From a virus, in the IMG/VR virus record IMGVR_UViG_3300036715_003363: a DNA stretch of 64,000 nucleotides, one strand, 5' to 3'. Made by a program: the position numbers and the translations under genes. Of this stretch, positions 30,267 to 39,524 are shown piece after piece. Below the pieces are notes generated by a model. The model saw nothing but the letters and a program-made list of their open reading frames with translations, ran no database searches and was not told where the DNA came from. Position 1 is the first letter of the stretch. Each line of letters opens with the position of its first letter.

Positions 30267-31345
30267 TGGCATATACTGAAAAATTTAAAAAAGAAGTTAT
30301 AAGATATTTAAAATTAAATAGTATAACAGACACAGCTAAAAAATTTAATATTAGCCCTGATACTATTAGATATTGGACTAATCCATTACACAGAGATAAG
30401 ATTATAAAGAAAGAAAAAGAAAAATACAATAATCTATGTGTTGTAAGAAAAAAAGTGCCTTATTCAACTGAAAAAAGAGCATATTTTAGAGAATATCAAC
30501 AGAAAATAAAGCTATATAAAACAATTCCTTCTATTTCATATACTGAAGATCAGTGTAAATACGAAATACGAAAACTAGAGTCTTCGCTGGGGAACTATCT
30601 TTCAATTCCGAACAATAATAGGTGCGTGCTGACATTTCAGCAACACTTTTATGAAAAGGAGCGAGAGTTATGGCAAAATAGAGATGTTCAAGATAGAATT
30701 ATTAGTAATAGATGCAAATATCTTAATAAAACTCTAAAAGAACTAACACCAGGAGAAATACTACGCGGGTTTAAAATTTCCGGAGAGCATTACGGGTTTT
30801 CGCATTTTTCGTCTTTATGGTTTAAAGCCTTTATTAATGAATTTAGTATTAAATCGGTATATGACCCGTGTGGAGGATGGGGACATCGAGCACTAGGTGT
30901 ATTAGGAACTGATACTACTTACTATTATAATGATTTCGATCAAAGAACTTGCGAAGGAGTACGAAAAATAGTAAATCTTGCAAATCTTAATAATAAAGTT
31001 GTGATAACTAACAACAAATCTGAAGAATATATATTACCATCTAACGTTGATGCAATTTTTACATGCCCTCCATACTATAATAAAGAAAAGTATAATAATT
31101 CGTCGTTTAAATCATATGAAGATTTTGAACAATGGTGGAATAAAACGGTTCAAAACTGCTTAAAAACAAAATGTAAATATTTTGCTATTATAATTGATAA
31201 TGACAACATTAAATGTATAAAGAACTCTTTGCAATCGTGTCATTTAATTAGAGAACAACAAATGTTTAAAAATCATAGTCACTTTAATAGGGATAATATC
31301 CCGAAGTCATATGAATCACTGTACATTTATGAAATTATCACCTAA
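30266..31345 (+). CDS. DNA amino-methyltransferase with N-terminal HTH
   Basis: SAM-binding motif VYDPCGGWG and catalytic motif FTCPPY; TAATG overlap with the HNH gene. Confidence 0.85.
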   Translation: MAYTEKFKKEVIRYLKLNSITDTAKKFNISPDTIRYWTNPLHRDKIIKKEKEKYNNLCVVRKKVPYSTEKRAYFREYQQKIKLYKTIPSISYTEDQCKYEIRKLESSLGNYLSIPNNNRCVLTFQQHFYEKERELWQNRDVQDRIISNRCKYLNKTLKELTPGEILRGFKISGEHYGFSHFSSLWFKAFINEFSIKSVYDPCGGWGHRALGVLGTDTTYYYNDFDQRTCEGVRKIVNLANLNNKVVITNNKSEEYILPSNVDAIFTCPPYYNKEKYNNSSFKSYEDFEQWWNKTVQNCLKTKCKYFAIIIDNDNIKCIKNSLQSCHLIREQQMFKNHSHFNRDNIPKSYESLYIYEIIT

Positions 31346-31365
31346 GTTACCTTAAATAACATACA

Positions 31366-31731
31366 ATGGCAACTGTATATAACTACGAGGCACAAGTTAC
31401 AAAAACTGCAATTAACGGAATAAAGATGTTATCTGCAACGAACGTATTAAAGGTATCATTCAATAATCCTAAAGTCGCTCTTACAACCAATGTATTCTCT
31501 ACTGCATCTTTTATTGATACAACAGGTCTATCAAAAACATCAGGTAGCGGAACAATCGTATTTGATAATGCACACCACAAAAATACAATTAATGTTCACC
31601 TCGCTGATCGCACATCTTTTTCAGCTGTATTGCTGAGTGCAACTGTAACAACTCAGGTCGCACTAACTTCTGCGGGATTTAGTTCATGGGGTCCAAGTGA
31701 AAGACGTCTCCGCTCTCTTGGATATTTTTAA
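31366..31731 (+). CDS. hypothetical late protein, paralog A (MATVYNYE...)
   Basis: Own TAAATA 7 nt upstream; clear similarity to the 31758 ORF. Confidence 0.75.
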   Translation: MATVYNYEAQVTKTAINGIKMLSATNVLKVSFNNPKVALTTNVFSTASFIDTTGLSKTSGSGTIVFDNAHHKNTINVHLADRTSFSAVLLSATVTTQVALTSAGFSSWGPSERRLRSLGYF

Positions 31732-31757
31732 TCTATCTGATTAAATAAATATATAAT

Positions 31758-32135
31758 ATGGCAACTGTATACAATTACGAAGATCTGAAAGGCCCTCTAT
31801 ACACTAATGGAGTTAACCTTGTTTCATCAACAACAAACGCAGCAGTAAGATTGCTTTTCAATGCACCAGTAATTGCACTAACAAACACTGCATTTACAAC
31901 GGCAACATTTGTTAATACTGCTGGAGCTGGACTTTCATCCGGAGCAGGAACAATTGTTTATGATAATGCATATAACAACAGACCCGCTTATCTAATTCTT
32001 ACAGATCGTACATCTTTTGCAACAACAATGCTCTCAGCAGTTAATGGCGGTCCAACAACTGCTACTCTTTCAGCAAATGGCTTCAATGCATGGGGCCCAA
32101 CAGAAAGACGCCTTAGAGTGCTTGAATATATCTAA
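31758..32135 (+). CDS. hypothetical late protein, paralog B (MATVYNYE...)
   Basis: Own TAAATA 6 nt upstream; followed by a terminator. Confidence 0.75.
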   Translation: MATVYNYEDLKGPLYTNGVNLVSSTTNAAVRLLFNAPVIALTNTAFTTATFVNTAGAGLSSGAGTIVYDNAYNNRPAYLILTDRTSFATTMLSAVNGGPTTATLSANGFNAWGPTERRLRVLEYI

Positions 32136-32162
32136 GATAGAATAACAAAAATTCTGCAGAAC

Positions 32163-32185
32163 AGCCCGCTTCGGCGGGTTTTTTT
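32163..32185 (+). terminator. intrinsic terminator with C(UUCG)G tetraloop
   Basis: CCCGC-TTCG-GCGGG followed by a T7 run. Confidence 0.92.
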
Positions 32186-32213
32186 GTGATCTAACGATAA
32201 ATAATAAACAAAG

Positions 32214-32804
32214 ATGTCAACCTGTAATTATACTCAGTCAATTTCTGATCAACAATGCATTGGTGATTCATTAGTTATTATTAACAATAATTTTGCAACG
32301 CTTGATACTAGTCTGTGTACTACAACAACAAGCCTTGCAACTTTATCATCTGCTGAAGTAATTCTTGCAGCACGTGTTGCAGCATTAATACCAGGAGCTG
32401 CAAAAGCGTGGGTTAATTTTGACGCAACATTAAATACTTACGGCGCAGCTATTTCTGATGGTCAAAATTGCCTTATTCGAGATAGTTATAATATCGCATC
32501 AGTATACAGAGTTACAACCGGTGAATGGATAATATACTTTACAACTCCAATGAGTAATAACGGCTATGTTGTTGAAGCTTCTACACGAGTATCAGCATAT
32601 GATGGTGCTTATAATTCAGGATACATTGTAGGTATTCCTAGTATTTCACCTGTTAGTAACTATCCAACACTTACACCTTACAACTCTTTAGTTACAACAT
32701 CATCATTTAAGATACAGTGTATGACTGCCGCATCACAAAATTATAATGATGTTGGCGATCTCAGAGACACTACTGGAATTTTTGTAACAGTCCACGGAAA
32801 TTAA
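32214..32804 (+). CDS. short fibre protein (CIGDS family)
   Basis: N-terminal QCIGDSLVIINNNFATL; AKAWVNFD...IRDSYNIASV tail-fibre domain. Confidence 0.7.
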   Translation: MSTCNYTQSISDQQCIGDSLVIINNNFATLDTSLCTTTTSLATLSSAEVILAARVAALIPGAAKAWVNFDATLNTYGAAISDGQNCLIRDSYNIASVYRVTTGEWIIYFTTPMSNNGYVVEASTRVSAYDGAYNSGYIVGIPSISPVSNYPTLTPYNSLVTTSSFKIQCMTAASQNYNDVGDLRDTTGIFVTVHGN

Positions 32805-32807
32805 TTT

Positions 32808-33833
32808 ATGTCAACTTGCAACTTTACAGCACAAATTTCAGGGTCGGAATGTATTGGCGATTCTCGTACAAAGATTAACAGTAATTTTGATACACTTGAC
32901 AGCAATCTTTGTAGTCTAATTGCTACTGTTAGTGCTATTGTGATTCCTGGTAGCAATAAACTCATAAACGGCGATATGAACTTTGATCAGAGAGCCGCTG
33001 GAAGCACATTTGTGTATACCTATCCAAATTACTACGGATCTTGTGATAGATGGGCGTCCTATTGTACTGCGCATACAGGAAGTGGGTTGAGCTTAACTCA
33101 AGTCCAAACATCCACAACAGACTTTCCTTACGCTTTAAGATTTCAGAGAACAAGCGGATCAACAGCAACGAGCGCTCTATATGTCGGACAAGTAATTGAA
33201 ACACAAAATTGCATTGGAATGGCAGGACGGTATGTCACTCTATCATACTACGCGAAAGCCGGTACTAATTTTTCAGGCACAAATGTAACAGCTAAAATTA
33301 TTACTGGAAGCGGCAAAGATCAAGGGTGGGTTAGTTTAGTAGCTGCTGGATGGACAGGTATTGCTACTCCTCTTTCAACAAACATTGTTCCCACTACAAC
33401 ACAAACAAGATTTGTACACACAGTTGCGATACCTGCAGGCACTAATGAAGTCGCCGTGCAATTCGTACGAACTGGAGTAGGCACAGCTGGCACAAATGAC
33501 TATGTTGATATTACCGGAGTTCAATTAGAGACTGGAATAATTGCAACTCCTTTTGAATATCTCTCATACACATATGAGCTTATACTATGTCAAAGATATT
33601 ACGAAAAATTGATAGGAGCACTCCAATTCAATGATTCCGTTGCAACCTCAACATTTTGTTGGATGTTTAAAGTTAGAAAGAGAGTAACTCCGACTGTGTA
33701 TAATACGGACTTGGATGCCGTCGCCTCCCATTCAGGCCAGATAGGAGCCTTAAGTCGTGATTCTGCAACTTACATAACATATGTGTATCCTGACACGTGG
33801 GGAGACGGGTCTTGGGCTGATGCAGAGCTATAA
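32808..33833 (+). CDS. tail fibre with CBM-like domain (CIGDS family)
   Basis: NKLINGDMNFDQR...DRW...ITGVQLETG..ATPFE...CQRYY is a common phage fibre domain. Confidence 0.75.
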   Translation: MSTCNFTAQISGSECIGDSRTKINSNFDTLDSNLCSLIATVSAIVIPGSNKLINGDMNFDQRAAGSTFVYTYPNYYGSCDRWASYCTAHTGSGLSLTQVQTSTTDFPYALRFQRTSGSTATSALYVGQVIETQNCIGMAGRYVTLSYYAKAGTNFSGTNVTAKIITGSGKDQGWVSLVAAGWTGIATPLSTNIVPTTTQTRFVHTVAIPAGTNEVAVQFVRTGVGTAGTNDYVDITGVQLETGIIATPFEYLSYTYELILCQRYYEKLIGALQFNDSVATSTFCWMFKVRKRVTPTVYNTDLDAVASHSGQIGALSRDSATYITYVYPDTWGDGSWADAEL

Positions 33834-33836
33834 TTT

Positions 33837-34160
33837 ATGAAAACGTACATAGAACATTCTAATACAATACAGTTTAACGATGTTTGGATACCAAAAGATA
33901 TAGATAATACGCATTACTCGCTATTTCTTCAAGAGCAAGAAAGAGGCGAAGCAGAATTAGTTCCATATGTTATTACATATACATGGGATCAAATTAGAGT
34001 GCAGAGGGACATTCTTATTGCGGCGACTGATTGGACACAGCTTCCGGATGTAAATATAGTTAATAAACAGGCTTGGACTGTATACAGACAGTCTCTTAGA
34101 GATATTACTACTACTTTTAGTGATCCAAACGGAGTAGTTTGGCCGACAAAGCCTTCTTAA
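33837..34160 (+). CDS. tail fibre assembly chaperone
   Basis: WDQIRVQRDILIAATDWTQLPD...YRQSLRDI...WPTKP. Confidence 0.85.
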   Translation: MKTYIEHSNTIQFNDVWIPKDIDNTHYSLFLQEQERGEAELVPYVITYTWDQIRVQRDILIAATDWTQLPDVNIVNKQAWTVYRQSLRDITTTFSDPNGVVWPTKPS

Positions 34161-34267
34161 TGCTGGACGACCTCGAGACAAGTGTATTAACGTTGCTATC
34201 CCTTTGTTTCCTTGGTGTTTATATTATTACACGCACTCTTGTGTTTATCTATAGAAAATTCAGATAA
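34160..34267 (+). CDS. small TM protein (35 aa; not in the ORF track)
   Basis: TAATG overlap; MLDDLETSVLTLLSLCFLGVYIITRTLVFIYRKFR. Confidence 0.4.
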   Translation: MLDDLETSVLTLLSLCFLGVYIITRTLVFIYRKFR

Positions 34268-34312
34268 ACCAATATTATCAAACCTTGTGATTTTAATGTT
34301 TAAATAATATAA

Positions 34313-35632
34313 ATGGATGCAACAGTACCAGTAACAGGAAATGTTTGGAGCGCTTATCTCGGTATAATAAGCACAGTTCAGCCTCAGCATCAACTACCGC
34401 TTATAAATGCTCTTGGACTCTTTAGTCCGACAGGAACTCTAAGTAATTGTGTATCAAATACTGAGCAAGCTTTAACACAAGCTTCTGCTCTGCTAAACGG
34501 CGCTGGACATCTTCAAGGAACGCTGCCAAACAAGCAAGTATATGATATAGTCAATGGACAACTTCAAAGTCTTGCAGCGGCCACGCAATCAGGAGCAATT
34601 AACTGTGTAGAATCACAAGTTGCAGCCACTCTAGCAGGAGTTGAAATAAATGCTGAGCAAGCACTTCAAAATGTACAGAACTCTCTTACAACACTCTTTA
34701 AGCCGTACAATAAGCTCATTGGAACAACTCTTTATAACGCGACAGGTGTCGTTCGTGATCCTATCGGACATGGAGTCGTGCCCGGAGTAAAGTATATGAT
34801 GAATCAGGTTAATCCAAACTTTGCTGCAAGTCATGAAGCTGCTTGGGTATCAACTAAAATGATTGAAATTGGAAACTTGCCAGCAAATATCTACGGTAGC
34901 CTTCAACATCTACAGAGTGCAATGTCAGGTGGCCAATTATTTGGTCCAATTCAGGTTGTAAAAGACGTCTATCTTGGAGCTATTGCAATTGTAAAGATGA
35001 TTGGACAATTTATTCAGAATATGTTTTCAATGCTGCAAAAATTGATACTGAATATTATTGGCGGCTTACTTCCTGTTGGTCAAATCACTGCAGTGCTCGG
35101 AGCAGTAACGACAGCTGCAAGTGTTATCGGTCCAATCGTATCTGCATTCACAGGAACAAATATTATATCTCAATATACTGGACAGCTTTTATCAGTTACA
35201 GGAAGTCTGCAGTCAGTTTTATCAAATCCTGGGTCAATTATACAGAGCTTGCTTCCAGTCAATGCTCAACAAGGTCTTAGTTATCTAAACAACCCGCAAG
35301 CTTTTCTTCAAACACTTCCTCCACCATGGGGAGAAATATTCTGTATTCTAAATCAGATTTCAGGGTACGGTTACAACTACAATCTTGGCTACGGAATGAG
35401 CTCAGCACTTGCAGGCATTCAAGGCGGTGTACTAGCTGGTATTATCAGTGCTTTTGGATGTCAGCTTCACCTCATGGCAAACATTATAACACCATCAACT
35501 CAATCACTTCCGCAATCGTTTCCAGGCGGCAATCAGGTTGTTAATGTTCCTGGAAGAACTTCTCCTTATGTTGTTGATATACACGGTAATGTCATTAACT
35601 CACCATGTGCAACTTCCCGTGTTCTTCCATAA
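34313..35632 (+). CDS. Q/G/L-rich, low-charge baseplate hub-region protein
   Basis: 439 aa; TAAATA 6 nt upstream; immediately before gp5. Confidence 0.6.
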   Translation: MDATVPVTGNVWSAYLGIISTVQPQHQLPLINALGLFSPTGTLSNCVSNTEQALTQASALLNGAGHLQGTLPNKQVYDIVNGQLQSLAAATQSGAINCVESQVAATLAGVEINAEQALQNVQNSLTTLFKPYNKLIGTTLYNATGVVRDPIGHGVVPGVKYMMNQVNPNFAASHEAAWVSTKMIEIGNLPANIYGSLQHLQSAMSGGQLFGPIQVVKDVYLGAIAIVKMIGQFIQNMFSMLQKLILNIIGGLLPVGQITAVLGAVTTAASVIGPIVSAFTGTNIISQYTGQLLSVTGSLQSVLSNPGSIIQSLLPVNAQQGLSYLNNPQAFLQTLPPPWGEIFCILNQISGYGYNYNLGYGMSSALAGIQGGVLAGIISAFGCQLHLMANIITPSTQSLPQSFPGGNQVVNVPGRTSPYVVDIHGNVINSPCATSRVLP

Positions 35633-35641
35633 TTAAACAAA

Positions 35642-37192
35642 ATGCAATCTTATTTTGGTAACTACTTAGGAATGGTCATAAATTCTGCGGATCCCGAACA
35701 AAGAGGTCGTGTTAAAATTTTCATTCCTCATATTATGCCTGCTCTATACGAGCACTGGAATAAAGAAGGAACAGATATTCAGTTTGGTAATATTGATCAA
35801 TTAAATCCAGGAATTGTTAAAGAGCTCGAAAAAATCTTACCGTGGGCTGACTCTGCATCGCCAATTATTGGTGCAAGCACTCCAACGGCGTTTGATCGTG
35901 CAACAAATGCAATATATTCGCCGTTCACAAAAACATTTGATTTTATTAAAAATGAAATTACAACAATATATAGTGCTGCAGCAGGAACTTTTTATTTTAA
36001 TAAGCCAGATGTTAAAGCTTCAAATGTATATGCAGATACTACTGCTCCAATTCAACAATTAGAACCAACAAAATCTTATATTGCAGCTGGTGGTTCTGTT
36101 TTTGGTTATAAGGATGCAGGGGATAACGGAAGGGGCGCTTTTGGCGCAAATACTAATAATACAACACTAGTTGGTGTATCAATCCCTGTTGCCGTTGCTA
36201 TTAGTACATTCGGAAGTGTTGCAGCTTCCAAAAACCAGTTAGTTGAAGTATATAATCCAACAACTAATAAAACAATTATTGCACCAATTGTAGATTCAGG
36301 GCCAGCACCTTGGGCAGCAAGCGGATTGGATTTAACAGCAGGTGCAGTAACAAGTTTAGGTGGTTCACTAGTATATGGAACAGGGAAGGGAGGAACAGTG
36401 GGTTCAGACGGAATTGCTGTAACAGGAGTATCACCTGATATTCATGGTGTTCAATACAGATTTTTAACACCACCTGAACAATCACAATATACACAATTTT
36501 CGCGACAAGGTGCAAATATAGACGGACCTCTTGAAGACACATCAAAAGTAACACAACACACAAAAAATGCAAATGTATCACAAGTAATTAGAACAACTGC
36601 AAGTGAGCCAACTCCGCGTCCATTTAGCTCAGCGCAGGGAGTATTTGCATATCCAACACCAGGAGCTTTTGTATGGTGTTTCTTTCAAGAAGGTAATCCT
36701 TTATTTCCAGTGTATTTTGCTGCAAGCTACGGAGCAGCAGAGTGGGCAAGTGCATATGCAGGATATGGTCCAAATCCAAAGCAGCCTGCAGCAATAGATG
36801 GATCAGATACAAAAGTAAGAGCGTTAGCATCCTCAATGAATTTAGGATCACTTAATATTTGGACTGACCAATCAGCTTCTGAATCAACTGGAGCCGTCGA
36901 ATCAGCTGGATTTCAACACAGTTCAGGTGCATTCACATCATTTACAAAAGACGCAGAAATGACTCACTACACTCCTGGCAATATGCGCATTCAAGCTGAA
37001 GGACACATTCACGATGCAGCTATTGGAAATCGTGAAACATACACGAAGGGCGATGATAATAAGGTAACAATGGGCGATCAATATATCAAAGTGGGAGATA
37101 TATCTCAGGACGCATTTGATGCAATGAATTCCTTAACAGATATTCTATCAGAAGCAGCAAATGTAATGAAACAACACGTCGAAGGACAATAA
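35642..37192 (+). CDS. gp5: baseplate hub/spike gp5-like N-terminal part (OB-fold with RlpA-like insertion)
   Basis: YFGNYLGMVINSADPEQRGRVKIFIP and GVFAYPTPGAFVWCFFQEGNPLFPVYF are the two halves of a gp5 OB-fold. Confidence 0.85.
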   Translation: MQSYFGNYLGMVINSADPEQRGRVKIFIPHIMPALYEHWNKEGTDIQFGNIDQLNPGIVKELEKILPWADSASPIIGASTPTAFDRATNAIYSPFTKTFDFIKNEITTIYSAAAGTFYFNKPDVKASNVYADTTAPIQQLEPTKSYIAAGGSVFGYKDAGDNGRGAFGANTNNTTLVGVSIPVAVAISTFGSVAASKNQLVEVYNPTTNKTIIAPIVDSGPAPWAASGLDLTAGAVTSLGGSLVYGTGKGGTVGSDGIAVTGVSPDIHGVQYRFLTPPEQSQYTQFSRQGANIDGPLEDTSKVTQHTKNANVSQVIRTTASEPTPRPFSSAQGVFAYPTPGAFVWCFFQEGNPLFPVYFAASYGAAEWASAYAGYGPNPKQPAAIDGSDTKVRALASSMNLGSLNIWTDQSASESTGAVESAGFQHSSGAFTSFTKDAEMTHYTPGNMRIQAEGHIHDAAIGNRETYTKGDDNKVTMGDQYIKVGDISQDAFDAMNSLTDILSEAANVMKQHVEGQ

Positions 37193-37193
37193 T

Positions 37194-39011
37194 ATGACAA
37201 TTAGTAACAATTTTACGCTACCAGAAGATCAGAATGTTGATTTTTCACAACCTCAGCAAACATTAACTTCTTCATCTTCAGCAATTCCGTGTCCGTGTTT
37301 AACACCAATCAATACTACAGTTCCTGTATTTTCAAATAATGAAGGCAATTTAAATATTGGATCTGCATCACCAACAGGGATGTTTGTTTCAAACGGATCC
37401 TTACAAAATACAGCTGAAAGCATCGCTCTCCAACAGCCTACTGTTAACGACCTCGGAAATACGAATCCTACATCTGATGGTGGAACAGTATTTGATCAGT
37501 ATGGATTGTTTGATCCTAACACTGAAGACGGAGGAGTGAATATTGACGGTAATTTCGGCCCTGGATCTTCCGGGCAACCAAGTGTTAATGATTCTCTTTG
37601 TGGTAATCCGCTCTGGGCATTGTTGACACTTCCATGCCCAACTTGTAACGGAGGAAAAAAGAAAGCAATCCGAAATAAAGCAGGAAAAAAGTACATAAAC
37701 CTTGCAGCTAAGTTTTCAAAGTGGCCGACTCCTATATACAGTGTCATAAGCGGCATTCAAGATGAATTAAACGGTCTTATCAACGTCGCCGCAGTGAATA
37801 CACAATTTACAGGAGGTAAGTGCCCTACCTGTAAAGGGAAAAATACAGTTCCTGACCCATCAGCTAAAGCAAATGAAGCAACTAAGAAAGGCGTTGATTA
37901 TCTCGATGCACACAAACAGCAAATTCAAGACCTTGAGGCAAGAGCTGGTGGCAAAGGAGGTTGTGGGAATAGATACACAATAGTTGCAACGAATGACGTA
38001 CTTCAGGTTGGGCTCGGTGTTAATAAGACTGCATCATATAAAGTTGATAATACAGGCACTGCTCCAAGCGCTCTTGACACCGGCGCCCCAACAACAACAG
38101 TTTTTAGAAAAGATGCAAAATATGTATCAGGTAATAATCTCCCAGCTCCAGGTTGCGGTCATTACGTAATTCAATGCTACAACAAATTCACGTGCTTTAC
38201 AGGCGCTCACGGCATTGAGCTTGTAACTCACGGGCCTGTTAACATTGCTGGTGGCATGACTAAGATTACTGGAGCGGAAGTTTCCGTTGGCTCAGGTGTT
38301 GGACCAGTTACAATTGCTGGCGATCACTTACAACTTAATGGAAAATCTGTTGCAGTAAATGTATCAGGGCCTGACTCTCACTTTCACGTGCAGGGCACAA
38401 TGTCAGCGACGGGCAATATGGTCATTGGAGGAGGTGCTCACGTCGATGGAGATTTATCGTTTACATCTGCAACAGCTCCATCAAAAGAAGTGCGTACTGA
38501 ATTCTCATCTCAAATTGATAACAACAGTTTTAAGGCAGTGTGGGGAGGGCTTTCAGTAAAAGCCATCAGCGATCAAATTTCAAACCTACAGAGATTTACA
38601 AAATGGGCCGCCGGCGATCCATCTCTCATAATTGCTTCAAAAGCAGGTATTCAAGCCGTTTCTGATCATATGAAGCATCTTGCATATCTTTCACAGCCAT
38701 ATGAATCATCACCGACCGGATGGATTCTCCCAGGACAGTGTATCGTTGTTGGAGCATATGGAACAAGCACAAATACTACACTAATACCAGTGTATATACA
38801 GCCTCATCATCACAATATCCCTGATATGAAGCATGTTCACCAGATGACAGTGCCAAATATCAATCTTATGGATAGAGCAGATGATGTGAGAAAGAATGCA
38901 TCATCAAAATCCTTTCCTATGCCAGCAGCGGCAGCAACTTCAACAAATCATTCAATAATATTACAGTCAATTACATCAGCAATTACCACTGCAGCTAAGT
39001 TACCAAGTTAA
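37194..39011 (+). CDS. gp5-like spike C-terminal part (Zn-finger, beta-helix, His-rich tip)
   Basis: CPTCNG and CPTCKG; G/V/I-rich beta-helix repeats; PHHHNIPDMKHVH. Confidence 0.65.
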   Translation: MTISNNFTLPEDQNVDFSQPQQTLTSSSSAIPCPCLTPINTTVPVFSNNEGNLNIGSASPTGMFVSNGSLQNTAESIALQQPTVNDLGNTNPTSDGGTVFDQYGLFDPNTEDGGVNIDGNFGPGSSGQPSVNDSLCGNPLWALLTLPCPTCNGGKKKAIRNKAGKKYINLAAKFSKWPTPIYSVISGIQDELNGLINVAAVNTQFTGGKCPTCKGKNTVPDPSAKANEATKKGVDYLDAHKQQIQDLEARAGGKGGCGNRYTIVATNDVLQVGLGVNKTASYKVDNTGTAPSALDTGAPTTTVFRKDAKYVSGNNLPAPGCGHYVIQCYNKFTCFTGAHGIELVTHGPVNIAGGMTKITGAEVSVGSGVGPVTIAGDHLQLNGKSVAVNVSGPDSHFHVQGTMSATGNMVIGGGAHVDGDLSFTSATAPSKEVRTEFSSQIDNNSFKAVWGGLSVKAISDQISNLQRFTKWAAGDPSLIIASKAGIQAVSDHMKHLAYLSQPYESSPTGWILPGQCIVVGAYGTSTNTTLIPVYIQPHHHNIPDMKHVHQMTVPNINLMDRADDVRKNASSKSFPMPAAAATSTNHSIILQSITSAITTAAKLPS

Positions 39012-39457
39012 GTTACCAACGGCTTAAAAATGCTTGTGTAGTAGCTTACAAGAGCTTTTGCGGCTTCTTCTGGGAATTCAATATTGTCTATGTCAATGCC
39101 GTTGACCATTTCAACAAATCCGATGTATTGCTGGTTAGCAATATCAACATACTCACCAGTAACATCTGTAAAGTGAACCTTATCGAGGAGATCAATTTTA
39201 CCGTCATTAATTAGATTAATTGACATTCTATCAGCCTGTTCATTCGCTGCATTTATAATTTTTGCGTGTTCAACGGGACTATAATCAATAGACACTTTAA
39301 TACTTGATAGAGAGACTGGAACATAACCTTGTTCAAGTATTTCTTCCCAGGGTGATTTTGGTGTAGATGTGAGACTTTGAAGTGTACTAAACAGCTGTGT
39401 GAAATCAATGGAAGACAAAGCATCCATAGAACTGAGAGTAGCGAATTCTGATAGCAT
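39008..39457 (-). CDS. hypothetical protein
   Basis: 149-aa ORF; TAAGTA 5 nt upstream. Confidence 0.65.
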   Translation of the reverse strand: MLSEFATLSSMDALSSIDFTQLFSTLQSLTSTPKSPWEEILEQGYVPVSLSSIKVSIDYSPVEHAKIINAANEQADRMSINLINDGKIDLLDKVHFTDVTGEYVDIANQQYIGFVEMVNGIDIDNIEFPEEAAKALVSYYTSIFKPLVT

Positions 39458-39524
39458 ATATCTACTTAATTCTAAGAAAGGATTTCTAAAGAGTACTTTT
39501 CGGAAAACTATTGTTTATCAATTT

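Noticed and set aside
13232-33833. Diversity-generating retroelement acting on fibre genes
   Set aside because: No reverse transcriptase in the window, and I saw no TR/VR pair differing at adenines. Repeat variation affects all bases, mostly at synonymous sites.
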